This document shows, piece by piece, positions 14,079-31,352 of a stretch of 64,000 bases of DNA. The notes below the pieces were generated by a model. It worked only from the letters and a program-made list of their open reading frames with translations, was not told the DNA's origin and did no database searches. Numbering within the stretch: position 1 is the stretch's first letter; every line of letters begins with the position of its first letter. Position numbers and translations under genes: made by a program. Source of the stretch: the human T2T-CHM13v2.0 reference genome, Homo sapiens; assembly GCF_009914755.1 (NCBI RefSeq), contig NC_060930.1; one strand, given 5' to 3'.

Positions 14079-15253
14079 GTTTGTAAACAATTCTCTGCTG
14101 TATAGTCAACAAGATTATTCAGAGCAGTTTGCCTTAATGGGCAATTACTATCATGCTTATAGTTTGACGTGCTCAAAGCATATTAATGTATCTTTGGGTT
14201 TCCCCAGTTTAAAGAGGGCGAAGAAATCTAAGACCTATTAGTGGTGGTTTATTTGAATTCTACAGCAGTCGATGGCTGGAATATACTATGAGGCTGATAA
14301 ATGTATAGGATGTAAAGTAAAGAATGAGAAGTAGCTGCATTCTAGAAAGGTGCTACTGATTGAAACAAGATGACAATCTGTAATTCTTAAAACATTGAAT
14401 TCCCAGTATGCTTCTATGTCTTGGTGTCTAAAATTCATAGAGCAATGTACTTTTGGTGTATCAAAATGTAAACAATTTTGAATGCTGTCTTGGATCAGTT
14501 GCACGCCAAGTCCTCCCAATATATTCTGAATTCTAGTGAACATTCGAACAATGTGTGATAGTCTAGTATAGCTTGGTAACGTTGCATTCTCCCATCTCAG
14601 ATCCTTCCATCTGTTGAATTGTGACTCAGACCGTAAACAGTGGTGCTGGGGGGAATAGTGGGCAAATCACATCAGAAAATAATGCTGGTATTATTGAAGG
14701 GCAGAAGAGAATCACTTAGAGTTTTGGTGGAGGAAGCAGATAAAGAATACAGGGAAGTAGTAGCATTTCACATAGTAAATAATTATTTTTAAGATAGTGT
14801 TCTTGAAAGATAATACAGAAAGAAATAAATTAATGGGTACATAAAATTTATGGTGGGAATAAATGTTGGTATGGTACCAGGGAGGTCATCTGTGCCTTTC
14901 CCTCAAGTACAAGGGTCTCTTGACCACAGAATACTGGGGCAAATGAATCTCCCTAAGCCTGTGCTCAGATCCAAAGGGCTGACCCTGGGAACTGACACAG
15001 AACTGCTAAAAAGCCATGATCACCACTTGCTCTTCTACCACTTAACCTTGAACTTGTGTTTGTCATTGTGCTTGGTGCATTTATCACAGTCATGTGTTAA
15101 TGCATCCACCATCCCTTCTACCCTCCCCTCTCTAGACTCCCTGCTCTTTGAGGGCTGAGACCTTGTCTCACTTCCTTTTTATTTTCTAACAAAACTTCAC
15201 ACACATACATGAAAAAATTGTAGCCCAGTTACTGGAACTTGGTTAGAAGCTGA

Positions 15254-15679
<426 letters not shown>

Positions 15680-16267
15680 TTAATAAGAGAATTATCCAAA
15701 GTTGTAGCAAGCACCAAAGGAGACACAGAATTTTTACTCCAGAAATTTTCACATGACCTAGAAAAGGATGTAAAGAGACATGATTTCTCAACTTTCCTAA
15801 TTCTTATTTCCTAAGAATTTCATACCTTATTTCCTAATTTCACATCAATTTTTAAGGCTACCTAACATATTTTTTTCCTCAATATTTTTTCTTTTGGAGT
15901 TAAATATAACAAATTTTGGATTTTTTTATTTGTGTGTGTAACAAAATTCACGTTTTATTGGAAGACTAGGAAAATGTATACTCTTCCTAAAAAATTATTT
16001 TTCTCCCTAAGATCTTTTATATCACTGTCATTAAATTTGACATTCTCTTATTGAACATTCTAGGGGTGTGTTTTGTGCATGTTTGTGTCTGTCTGTCTGT
16101 CTTTTTGTCTCTCTCTCTCTCAGACACACCCACCCAAATCCTCCTTCAACCAACATTTATAGAGAAGCCGAATTGTGCTATATGCTAAGGTCCCAAGATA
16201 TGTACAGCTTATTCTCAATAAATATTTATTGATTGTAAATTGATGAAGTTGTACTTCGGTCTCTCTC

Positions 16268-17003
16268 TCTTTTATTTTGTAACAGGGTCTGACTCTGTTG
16301 CCCAGGCTGAAGTGCAGTGGCTCAGCCTCCCAAGTAGCTGAGACTATACGCACCACCACACCCAGCAATTTTTTTTTTAATTTTATAGATACAGGGTATT
16401 GGCCAGGCATGATGGCTCACACCTGCCATCCCAGCACTTTAGGAGGCTGAGACGGGTGGATTGCTTGAGCTCAGGAGTTTGAGACCAGCCTAGGCAACAT
16501 AGGGAGAACCTTTCTCTACAAAAAATACAAAAATTAGCCAAGCATGGTAGTGCACCTTTGTCCCAGCCACTTGGGAGGCTGAGGCGGGGGGATCACTTGG
16601 GCCTGGGAGGTTGAGGCTCCAGTTAGCCATGTTTCCACCACTGCCCTTCAGCCTGGGCAACCGAGCAAGACCCTGTCAAAGAAAGAGAAAGAGAGAAAGA
16701 GAAGAAACAAAAGAAAGAGAAAGAGAAGAAAGGAAAGGAAGGGAAGGGAAGGCAAGGGAGGGCAGGGCAGGGCAGGGCAAGGCAAGGCAGAGAGAAAGAA
16801 GGGAAGGCAGAAGGGAAGGGAAAACGGAAGGGAAAAGGGAAAGGAGAAGGGAAAGGGTCTCACTGTGTTGGAAAGAAGGAAATAAAGAAGAGATGAGGCC
16901 TCACTATGTTGTTCTGGCTGGTCTCAAACTCCTGGGCTCAAACAATCCTCCTGCCTTTGTCTCCCAAAGTGCTAGGATTACAGGCATGAGCCACTACACC
17001 AAG
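16268..17003. mobile_element. Nested Alu complex: reverse Alu split by a forward Alu (~16401-16680) and a purine repeat
   Basis: Reverse Alu pieces at ~16268-16398 and ~16853-17003 surround a forward Alu. Confidence 0.8.
16678..16856 (+). repeat. Purine-rich compound microsatellite (GAAA/GGAAA/GGGAA/GGGCA)n
   Basis: Seen directly; grown from the Alu tail. Confidence 0.9.
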
Positions 17004-17034
17004 CCTTTTGGTCTCTTAAGATGTGCCATAGTTC

Positions 17035-17360
<326 letters not shown>

Positions 17361-17660
17361 CTAAGGGAGTTGTACATAAAGCCTCTCAAGTTGTTCTTTG
17401 GAAGCGATTGGTGGATCCTTTGAGTCTCTGCCTCTTCCCAGCTGGGAATATTCATATGGAGACGTTTGGCAGCCTTGGCTACTCTGACCAGCTTGGTGTC
17501 CCTTGTGCCAAGGCAGAGAGCCCAGCAAACATTGTTAGTCCCCAGAATAGCTGAGTATTAGAGTGCAGCATGGCCACTGGTTGCAGTAATAATGATGGCC
17601 TTGAGCCATCAAGAAACAGTAAAATTATAGTCAGGGTCTTCTATTTAAAATTAAAATTAT

Positions 17661-17910
<250 letters not shown>

Positions 17911-19953
17911 TTAAAATTATCCATACAAAATAACTCCACTGCCGAAGTTTCAGCACAATATATAAAATTTAGCTCTCAGATAACTTCTTTATCAACACAT
18001 CCCCAGTAATTCCAGATGAATGAATTGTCACAGTGGTGAGGACTGACTTCCAAGGGACCACCCTCATTTCTTATAAGAATTAAGAAATATAATCCTAGCA
18101 AAGTCTTTTTAAAATTTGAGGCTAAAGCAGGTCTTCAGTTTTGTGTCTTTGTACCTTTCAAATCAATACTTATTTATAGTACATGCAAAACAGGGCTTGT
18201 GTGAATTTTTTATGTGGTCAGAATATGGCCCAATAAATGTTGCAGACTGCCCAAATTTTAGAGTTCCGTAAATTTCCCATCAGACCAAACATGTTTTATG
18301 AAATTATTTTTTAAACGTAAAAATCAATACATTGAAAAGAGACTTCACAAATGTTTGGTTGTTTTCAAATATCATTTTTATTGACTGTAATTTAGTTGTA
18401 GGTCTATTTAATTCTAGTGACATCACAGTATTTTTCTATTCAGGAGTTGGACTCTCTTTCCAAATTACAGACCCATCACTCTGTGGTCCTGTTACCAACA
18501 GCTAACTCTCTTCCATCACTGCTGTGGTTCAACTGGTGGCACTGATCGTTGCTTTGGCTACCCCTTCAGCCACTGGGTGCTGGCCTGTATCCATCTCTGG
18601 ACTGAGGCATGTCCTCTTGCCCCCTTGCAAGTGCCACTTCCATGATTAAAAATTAACAAAAGAGAAAACATTATGCTCCACTGAGACAGGGAGATGGCAG
18701 ATTTCCTTTGTTCCTCTAAGAGAAAGTTATGAAAGTAAAAACAGAAGAGTGGGAGAAGGGAAAAACTCCCTGAGTTATAAACCCTTTCTTTGACTCATTA
18801 TTTATTTTGATGTCAAAAGCTTCAAACCTCACTTTGTCATAAACGTCCATCAAGCCTTCATCCCTACCCTGTTATCAGGGGGCTGCTTTCTCGGCTGAAT
18901 CACAGTCACTCAGTGTTTCTCAGTGACTCCTATCTTCAGACAGCTAATATGCCATTGAAATGAGCCTCCTTAATTCTACAGGATTCAGGAGAGCCTTTCT
19001 TTTCAAAGCAATTAAAGTTTCATATGGTAGGGGAGTTTGAAAATGTTCGGGCAAATAAAGTACGTTTTTTATAAAGACAGTGCTTGACATGAGCTGCGAT
19101 TGCTGCAGAAATGCCTCTTTGATCCTGGATAGAACAAAGTGACGTCTGTGTAAGGTGGTTCCTCAGCACTAAAGGAAGGTCCCAGCCTTGCACGGCAATT
19201 GATCAAGGGTCATCGGCACTGACTTTGGATTGCTGTTCCTTAGAGTAGCGGTTTTCAGTTGCAGTCTTGTGACTTACTTTGACCAAATGTAAGGTTCGCT
19301 GCAAGCAATATTTTATAAAGTACCAGATTTCCTAAAAGATAGTGTAGCAAGTATAAATCTCAGTTGTACAAGATATATCTATTTCTTCACATTAAAACAA
19401 AGCTGACTGTAGCCCCTCAGCCTGCCTAGCAGGGAGAACACTTGGTCTCTGCCCTCCCTTTATTTCTCATCCCAGGGTCAAACCAGAAGCTGGAGCTTGT
19501 GTGGTATCTGTAAGGGGAGGCCCCCTCACCTCTTATATCACCAGGGAGCCCCCATTATCTCCAGTCATAGGCTCCCTAAGGGTCCCGTGATTTTGCTACC
19601 ATTATCCTCCCTCCTCGGGTGTCCCGCCAACCCTGCAGGTACTACCAGGCGGTGGGCAGCCACAGACCTGCAACCTCTGCCCAGCCTGGGCTCTCCCTTC
19701 TCTGCCTCACCGCTTCTTCCCCTGTCTCTTCACCCTCTAAGGAATGGGCTGAAGTCTCTGGAAGGAGCTCTAGCTTTGTGACTACACAACCAGGAAGGCA
19801 TTTATGCCGTTACCAGCCTCAGTTTTTGGCTCTGTGGTTTAAACACCTCAAAAGATGGCAAATACAAGTTTACCTTGCTATCTTTATATAATACAGAAGG
19901 TAAAATTACAGGAAGAAAACCTCAAATAAATAAATGAGTATGTTATGCTGCCT

Positions 19954-20720
<767 letters not shown>

Positions 20721-20901
20721 TACAGCACCATATTTTGTTGTAAAAACCAACTATGGATTCAGAGTTATCCTTATTGTAATGTCATTGGTGAATTCCATTC
20801 TTGAATGTTGTCTCAGACAGAAAAGGGGAGAATGAAACCAATTTTCAGGAGTTTATATAGACATAAATATGTCTGAGCTCTAACTTCAGGAATTTTACAT
20901 A

Positions 20902-20902
<1 letters not shown>

Positions 20903-20950
<48 letters not shown>
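20903..20950 (+). repeat. (AC)18 followed by (AT)n microsatellite
   Basis: Seen directly. Confidence 0.97.
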
Positions 20951-21914
20951 CTGGGCTCTAGCCATTTCTGAGATCTAACTTCAGATCCCAGCTCTAGCAC
21001 TGAACAGCTGTGACCATGGGCAAGTTACTGACCCTCTCCCTGCATCACATTGCCTACCTGTAATGTAAGTATGATAAACAGTAGTACTTACTTTATCTAT
21101 TCTGCAGATTAAATGCAGTAGTACAGTAGGTGAAAGGTGAGGATTCATCCAAAATCTGCTGTAGTGTGAGTGCCTGAGCAAGCCAGCAGAAAGATTCTGG
21201 TCAGAGTGGGCCATCTAAATCAGTGATGTTGCAGGAAGAACACTGGAGTGGGGTGAATTGATTGAGTGTTACTGTAGGAGCCTATGGGTGGGAAGAGGTG
21301 GAATAGAGGGAATGATGGATGGCATGGCTGTCAAGACTCTAAAAGGACCTGGCATTGGATGATTTGGCCATCTAGAGGCTGAAGTCGTGCAGGATAATGG
21401 CAGGAAGGGCAGGAGGCATTGGGGTGAAGAGGAAGCCACAGACTCCAAGCCAGGGTGGTCAGTGAATGTGGCCATGTCTGGCATATCATGAAGGAGAGTT
21501 TCAAGGATGGGTGGAAGATTTGGCCAGATGATAGGCGCCTCAAAGGCTGAGAGTTTGCTTGCTTGCTTTAATAAATGGAGGAAGAGAAGTATTCTAGAAG
21601 CAGGAATGGAGAATAAGTAGTCTAACAAAATCCTCTACCAACACCTGGCATTGTGGAATATAAAACTTAGAGAATACAATAATATAAAAACCACACAAGA
21701 TATCACTCCTATAGTCTCAGCACTTTGGGAGGCCAGGGTGGGAGGACATAGTGGGCAACGTAGTAAGACCTCGTCTCTACAAAAAAAGAAAACACAAAAT
21801 AAATAATCATACCACCTAGAAGCTGACTCTGAAATATCTTGGCATCTTTCTTTGCAGTCATTTTTCATCATATGAATGTACTTATTTACATGTATCTACA
21901 ATAATAATGATGAT

Positions 21915-22150
21915 AATAATAGCTAATCTAACATGGCACTTCCTATATGCCCTGCATTGTCTAAAGGTTTTACTGATATTAACTCATTTAATACTCATAA
22001 CAACCCCATAAAGTAGATAGCACTATTATCCTCATTTTACAGATGAGAAAACTGAGACACAGGTTAAGTAATAAGTCATCCAAGGTATGTACATAGCTAG
22101 GAAGCGGTGATACCAGCATATGAACCTGGCTCCAGACAGCATGCTCATTA
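21915..22150. mobile_element. MIR
   Basis: attatcctcattttacagatgagaaaactgagacacag core. Confidence 0.8.
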
Positions 22151-22472
22151 CACTGCACAGTACCAGGATAAGGGGAATGAATATGTCATATGTGTAATTT
22201 TGTAACTTACTTTCTAGTTAATATTTTGTTGCCATGTCCCTTGTGTCTTTAAGTATTCTTTGCAAATATGACTTAGGATGCCTCTATGATACCCATTCCT
22301 GCTAACTTACCACAATGTACTCAATTTCTCCTTTTGGTGGATCTTTAAGCTGTTCTTCACATGCTTCTCTTAGAGGATTTTTAATTATCTAGGAGATGCT
22401 GTTCAAGAACACAGAAACCTCTGGAGCTGATTAGCTCTGGTTGCAGGGGGTTGGGGAAACCATGGTGGCTGA

Positions 22473-22945
<473 letters not shown>

Positions 22946-23199
22946 TAGCCATTTACAATGATGTTTTCCAGTAATATTTAATGATATGAAAAAATATCAT
23001 GTAATTTTAAAAAGAAGGATTTAAAATTCACATTAAAATGTTAATACTGCTTATCTCAGCCTGGTGTTATCACAGATTATTTTCTTCTTTGTGCCTTTTC
23101 CAAATCTCTAAAAGAATTTCTTGCAACCTCTATCAGAAGATAAAGCAGTAATGTTATGTAAAAATTAGAGCCGTAGACTTAAATAAATCTGTGACTAAG

Positions 23200-23760
23200 C
23201 AAAGTTGTGTAATCTTATCACGAAGGTTTAGAAAGCTGATAATGCCCAGCGTTGCTGAGAGTGGGTGTAAGAGTGCTCTTGTGCACAGTTGGTAGGTGGG
23301 AAAATTGGTATAAATCTATTTGGAAAATAGTTTGTATGTATCTATTAAACTTAATATACTTATTCTGCTTTTAGTACGCTTGCAGAAGTACTAACATTAA
23401 TTTCATCATTTCAGTATTTTTCATAATTGAAACAACATAAATGTCCACCAATAGAGCATTAAGATCAAATAAATCAAACCACAATGTAACTATGCAGTGG
23501 TATATGCACAGTCATTAAAAAAGAATGAAACAGACCCAGAAGTGTCAATATCGAGACACATCTAACACATATTTTTAGAAAACGTCAAGTTACAGTTTGA
23601 CATATGTAGTGTGATCTCGCTTTGTGGTATTTTCATACACACAAGGAAGTGAGTCTTGCTGTTAGAGGTATCATTGGGCCTTGAGAGAAGCGGGGACTAC
23701 TGTTCTTATTTTTTATACTCTTCAGTACTATTAAATGTTCTAAATTAATGTTTATCCAAA
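23200..23760 (+). mobile_element. L1ME-like 3' fragment
   Basis: gttggtaggtgggaaaattggtat, aaatgtccaccaatag, cattaaaaaagaatga motifs. Confidence 0.6.
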
Positions 23761-25001
23761 AAAGAAGTACCAAATTCTCTTAGACACAGAAGAGATTTTA
23801 AGAGGTCTCTTGTGCTACTCTTGTATCTAATCTTTCCCTGGTAAGCAGTCAAGTAGGTGATCCATCCTCCTGTTTCCACAGTAAAGCACATCTTAATTAT
23901 AGAGAGAGAGAATGAACTTTAGTTACTGAACACTGGGCAATGCAAAGAGTCAGAATATGTTAAAGGTCATAGTTCTTATAGTTTCTTACTCTAAATTGGA
24001 TAGCACGTCAGTGAGGCCAATCAGAGGGAAGAATGGAAAATAGAGTATCTACTAGAGAGGTACAGGATATGGCAGAATCTTTTCATGACATTCGAAGCAA
24101 GTAGAGCGTGGCTAGTGCAAAAACCTGAAGTGTGGGCCCAAAAGACCTTTGCCGATTTTGAGCCGTGTAACTTTGGGCAAATTACTGTCTCTGGGGCACT
24201 TTCCTTACTGGTAAACAATAGGGCAGGATTAGAAAATGATATATGAGGAGAGACTGGTTCTAGGCAATAGAAAGCATTTAATAAATTATTCTTATCATGT
24301 TTCCATTATTATCAATATCACCAGTAAACTATATCTGACATAGCAAGAAAATGGCTGTTTTCTTTAAGTTGACAAAATAGACCTTATTTTGTTTTATTTA
24401 CAAATTTGCCAGCTCTTTGTAATTTAAGAAATTAGTCTGCCTGCAGATGTAGGCTGGTACCAACAGATTACCTGCAACAAAGGTAACCTGACAAAGTCTT
24501 TCCTATTGGGTGTCTCCACCAGCAGTGCCTGCCAGGGCTTCCTCACTTCTCTGCTGATTTTGATCTCCATGTCAACACTCACATTAGTGGCCTTTTTCAC
24601 TTTCAGCATCTGAGCAAGTGCTCAGTTTTCCAAAACATCCCAAGGTAATTAGTAGTTGGTTTCAACATTTTGAAAGGAATTATTACTGATGTCTAAAATG
24701 AAAGCCATTTACAGATTCATTTTTTTTTCTTGTTGATAGACTCAATTGTACCTTTCATCTATGATCCAGGGTAGTTAAACACCCAATCCTGAATGCTACT
24801 TTCTGTTTTACCATGGAAGGAGACTGGTCTTGTGCCCTATGTCTCCTCCAGATAACTGGAATCAGCCCCACTAGCACCTTGAGAGTGCCAGGGGTTCCCA
24901 TGGACCATCAGGGCTGAGATACACTGCTCATGTTCTAACCAAGGATGTAGTTTTCAGATCTCACTTGCAGTCTGATCTTCCTTTTAAAATGCACCTCAGC
25001 C

Positions 25002-25736
<735 letters not shown>

Positions 25737-25947
25737 TCATAAGGCAGAGGTAATGCCCACTCTTTGATTGTCTGAGGTGGTTTTGTGGGAATAATATAAG
25801 GTGGTTTTGTGGGAATAATATATATGCTTAGTCCCACCAAAAAAATGTTTATACTGCCCTCAAATATGGCAGAGATCTTGAATTATTTTCCACTTTGAAA
25901 GCTTTCTCTGGTCCACATCTTCTTACTTACCTATTTATTAAAATTCA

Positions 25948-26264
<317 letters not shown>

Positions 26265-27059
26265 TCACTGGATAAACATTCTAGCTGTAAATTTGTATCT
26301 CTCATTTTCATAGGGACAACATCACTGAATAAACATTCTAGCTGTAAATTTGTATCTCTCATTTCTTTGACTGTTAATTCTAGAAAACGCTTACATTTCA
26401 TATGAGCCATATTTTTTATTAAAGAATAATTTTACACATGATTTGCAGAGTGTATGGACATGTGTAATTTGCATGCACAAATGTAGAGATGAACTGTTTC
26501 CCACACATCCCTAGATTTCAGCCTCCAAGTATTTGCAGGAACAAATGGCGCATTCATTGAAAATCTCTCAAGGTGCTCTGAGAGGAGTGGCTCGGTGTGT
26601 TTTGTTCCACACTTGTCTGGGCTGGTATTGCCTGTGGGGCTTTGGAGGGTAAGAGGAGATGACAGTGTAAGGACACAGATGTGCAGTTGTCTGTGGGCTG
26701 CAAAGCTGCGAGCTGACCACCAGGCTCCAGATAGTCAGGAACCCTGAAGGCCTGGAAATGCCTGTCTGCAGATGGCCTTAGGACCAGCATACTAATAGAT
26801 GCAGAGAAGCTGACTTCAGTAATGTTTTCACCCCAAGCTCCCTGTGAAAGTTTGAGCCATGATACCAACAACTCTGACTGAATGAACCCATCTTCAGAGC
26901 ATGAGATATAGTTGTTTGTTTTTTCAGTTAATTTATATAAAGCTCAAAGGGATCTTCAAAATGAAAACTTTAGTAAGTATAAAATGTCTTTTAAAAGAAA
27001 AGATAGTGGGGAGAAAGTCAATAGCTATTATTTAATGGTTTTTTTTTTGAAACTCTTTA

Positions 27060-28025
27060 TTTCCTCATTTATTTTTTTAACAGTTTGATTGTGAGATAAC
27101 TCACATACCACACAGTTTACCTGCTTAAAGTGCACAATTTAACGTGCTTTTTGTTTTTCGTTTTTTTGTTTTTTGAGGCAGAGTATCTTTCTGTTGCCCA
27201 GGCTGGAATGTAGTGGTGTGATCTCAGCTAACTACAGCCTCCGCCTCCCGGGTTCCAGCAATTCTCATTCCTCAGCCTACCAAATGGCTGGGACTACAGG
27301 CATGCGCCACCATGCCGGGCTAATTTTTGTATTTTTAGTAGAGATGGGGTTTCACCCTCTTGGGCAGGATGGTCTGGAACTCTTAGACTCAAGTGATCTG
27401 CCTGCCTTGGCCTCCAAAAGTGCTGGGATTACAGGTGTGAGCCACTGCACCTGGCCTAACGTGTTTTGATGTATTACATTATTATTTGTTTTCATCATGG
27501 TAAAAATAGATGTAACAAAATTTGCTATTTTAATAAATTTTAAGTATACAATTCAGTGGTACTAATTGTATTCACAGTGTTGTGCAAGCATTTCCAGAAC
27601 TTTTTTAACATTCCAAATAGAAGGTACTCTGCCCCTGGTCCCTGGTCCCTGGTAACCTCCAATCTATTTTCTATTTCTTCTAATTTATTCTAGGTGCTTC
27701 ATAGAGTGCATCATATATATTTGTTATTTTGTGCCTGACACTTAGCATAATGTTTTCAAGGCGCCTCTATGTTGTGGCATATATCAGAACGCCATTCCTT
27801 TTCATGGCTGAGTAATACCCATTTTATATACATACCACAATTTGCTTATCCATTCATCTGTTGATGGGCGCTTCAGTTGTTTCCACCTTTTGGCTGTTGC
27901 GAGTAATGCTGCAGTGAACACTGATGTACAAACGTCTGTTCAAATCCCTGCTTTCAGTCCTTCTGGTTATATCGGAGTAGAATTGCTGGGTCATATAGTG
28001 ATTCTATGTTTAGCTTTTCGAGAAA
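27060..28025 (-). mobile_element. L1M 3' fragments with inserted reverse Alu (~27147-27456)
   Basis: tttgcttatccattcatctgttgatgggc...ttccaccttttggct is an L1MB-type 3' end; the Alu is clear. Confidence 0.8.
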
Positions 28026-28119
28026 CATTATTCCTTTTGAAAAGTTGTATTAATAACTTTTCTAAACATCTTACATGCATTATTGCATCTAATTCCCATG
28101 CAATCATATCCATTAATTC

Positions 28120-28640
28120 TTACTCATTCGGCAAATGTTTTTAAGGGTCTACTATGTACCAAATGCTGTTCTAGGCATTGGAGATTCTGTAGTGAACAAA
28201 ATGAATGAAATGTCACCCTCTCATTGATTTTATAGTGGTGATGGCAGATGATAAACAAGTATATGTTAATATAAAACTGGGTAGAATAAATGCCATCGAG
28301 GCCATTTTTTAAAAGCCGGGTAAGCGGCATATTGGTGAGGGGCAGGAGTGGATTTGCTATTTAATAATGGAATTAAAAGGGAAGGTCTCTCTGTCACTTG
28401 AGCAGAGACTTGGCAGAATTGAGGGAGCGCAGCATCCAGAGATCCTGAGATCATTCTAGGAGTGACAAAAACAAATGCAAAGGCCCTGCGGCAGGTCCAG
28501 GCCTGGTGTGGCTGAGGGACAGCAGGCAGTCAGGGTGGCTGCGGGGAATGAGAGGGAGAGAGGAGGGTGAGGTTGGAGTTTTATTACATTGTGATGGGGA
28601 GCCACCGGAGGGCTCAAGCTAGGGATAGAATGCAGTCAAT
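28120..28640. mobile_element. L2 3' fragment
   Basis: cattcggcaaatgtttttaagggtctactatgtacca...aaatgcaaaggccctg. Confidence 0.7.
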
Positions 28641-28942
28641 TCTTCTTATTATAGGAAAAGAAGGTGAGACTTACAGGGTTTACATGAGTTTATCAAAGTT
28701 CTAGCTGCTAAGTAAGAGATCAGGATCCAGGCCCAGGCAGATCCACTCCTGAGCGCATGCTCTTTGCCACCAGGCTGGGGTGTGTATCTGGCCCTAAGGA
28801 TATTCCTGGCTAGCTGTCAGTGCTATACAGAAATATCCTATATGATGCAGTATCTCTCACGATGGGTTCGCAGCTCTCTGGAAGCCAGCCTTGCCAAGCA
28901 CACTGTTCACACCCCCAAAAGTCCCTTCATTGTCTCCCTTAG

Positions 28943-29109
28943 GCATGATGCACTCTCCTGGCTTTGACGGGAATAGCAGCCTCAGCTTCCAGATGCTGAT
29001 GAACGCAGACAGCCTCTACACAGCTGCACACTGCGCCCTGCTCCTCAACCTGAAGCTCTCCCACGGTGACTACTACAGGAAGCGGCCGACCCTGGCGCCA
29101 GGCGTGATG
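28943..29109 (+). CDS. ARFGEF3: ARFGEF3 coding exon (~13), 167 nt
   Basis: tctcccttag|GC ATG ATG; MMHSPGFDGNSS...LAPGVM; donor ATG|GTGAGT. Confidence 0.96.
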
Positions 29110-29506
29110 GTGAGTGTGCCGTCCCTCATTGGACTGGCAGAGGGCAGGCTGTAACTTCCTGGTGTACAGCCTAGCCTCAGTGCCCTGAGTGGGATGGCAC
29201 AGCGTGTTTTGTTCCAGACTGCTCTAGGTTGGTAATGCCAGTGGGACTTTGGGGGATGGAAGGAGATGACATATATATAAGGGCACAGATATACAGTTGC
29301 CCAGCACCGTGAGCACAGAGCTGCCCACTGGGCTCCAGTGAAGAGTGTATGGACGTGAGGCTCTGGAAATGGCTGCCCAGGGATAACCCAGTAGTTTCAT
29401 CTCATGTCATTATTAAACATGTGTATAAAACCTGTTCAAAACCACATCATTGACGTGTTAAGGGAGATCAGAAGATGTGCAAGAAATTTGCTGAAAATGA
29501 GTTGTG

Positions 29507-29807
29507 TTTTTCTTTTTTTTGAGACAGAGCCCCGCTTTGTTGTCCAGGCTAGAGTGCAGTGGTGTGAGCATGGCATGGCTCACTGCAACCTCAAACTCCT
29601 GGGCTCAAGCAGTCCTCCCACCTCAACTCCCAAGTAGCTGGGACTACAGGTGTGCACCACCAAGCCTGGCTAATTTTTTAATTATTTTTTGTAAAGACAG
29701 GGTCTCGCTATGTTGCCCATGCCAGCCTTGAACTCCTGGGCTCAAGCAATCCTCCCACCTTGCCCTCCCAAAGCGTTGGGATTACAGGCATGAGCCACCA
29801 GGCCTGG
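29507..29807 (-). mobile_element. AluJ-like
   Basis: Reverse Alu with ctcctgggctcaagc. Confidence 0.9.
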
Positions 29808-30490
29808 CTGAAGGTGTGCACTTATAAAAACTCTTCACCGTATTCCAACATGTTCCCAGACCTACTGTTGACCCAGAACTAAGCTCACTGGCTGTTGCTC
29901 ATAAGCACTTCCTGTAAGGGATACAATGAGAGTGTTGGTTGTCCTGTGGTTAGCTCCTGTGATGGAGCAAGCCACTCCATGGTGTACCCTATTATCAGTT
30001 CCTGAGCCTAAATCCATGGATCTACATGAAGGAAATCAATAATCATTTGCTTGCTTGATAAATTGTAAATTCCCAAAGATAAGTGATTGCTTCATGAGCA
30101 TAAGTGAAGTGTCTCTGGAGATGTGCACATTCCTGCAGGAGCACGTTCCACCTCTGCTTCTGTTGGGGCTCCTAGAAAAGGAAGCTCGTACGCTATTAAA
30201 GACATCTGTGCAATTGCAAACCTTTCCACACATCCAAGAGTAAGAATGTAAAGTGCAGTCTCTCTAATCCTTCTGCAAGGTATCTGTCAAAAGGTGTCAT
30301 CAGTGAAGGAAACCTCAGCACATTTGGGAATCCTCCATCTCTACTTCTCCCCACTTGCCGCCCCCTTACCCAATACACAAGCCTTGGTTTAGTTCAGGGC
30401 TCTGTGACGTGAAGAGGCAGCAGAGGCACTTAGGAGCCTGTTAGTGAGCAGGGTGTTATGTGGTCACCTTCTCATGCGATCTCTCTGTAG

Positions 30491-30656
30491 AAGGACTTCA
30501 TGAAGCAGGTGCAGACCAGCGGCGTGCTGATGGTCTTCTCTCAGGCCTGGATTGAGGAGCTCTACCATCAGGTGCTCGACAGGAACATGCTTGGAGAGGC
30601 TGGCTATTGGGGCAGCCCAGAAGATAACAGCCTTCCCCTCATCACAATGCTGACCG
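30491..30656 (+). CDS. ARFGEF3: ARFGEF3 coding exon (~14), 166 nt
   Basis: ctctctgtag|AAG GAC; KDFMKQVQ...LITMLT; donor ACC G|GTCAGT. Confidence 0.95.
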
Positions 30657-31047
30657 GTCAGTGGTTCGTTGCAAGGCCTTGGGGCACGTGGTAGGGTGGG
30701 ACGGCTCACGCTTTAAAGCCTCTTTCAGAGAAGTGTTGGTGCTTGGAGCAGACTTTGAAACAGCACCCACAAAGCTTCCCTGGCAATGGTGACAGTTCCA
30801 GGGAAGTGTCATGAGTTCACTTCACAGGAGTTTTCTGTCCCTTTTCCATGTGGGAGTCTGTAGGGTTCACTGTGCCCCATTAGATGAGGACTAACTTAGC
30901 ACCTTTGTCTGTTGGTGTAAAACCGTAGGCCATATCTATAGGATGTGTAGGCCTAGGATTATTCCTGGAAGTTCTCACATGCTAATAGTTGCCCATATCA
31001 TTCAGTGTTCTTGGGGTTTACCAATAAATGTAAAATGACTGATTTTA

Positions 31048-31352
<305 letters not shown>

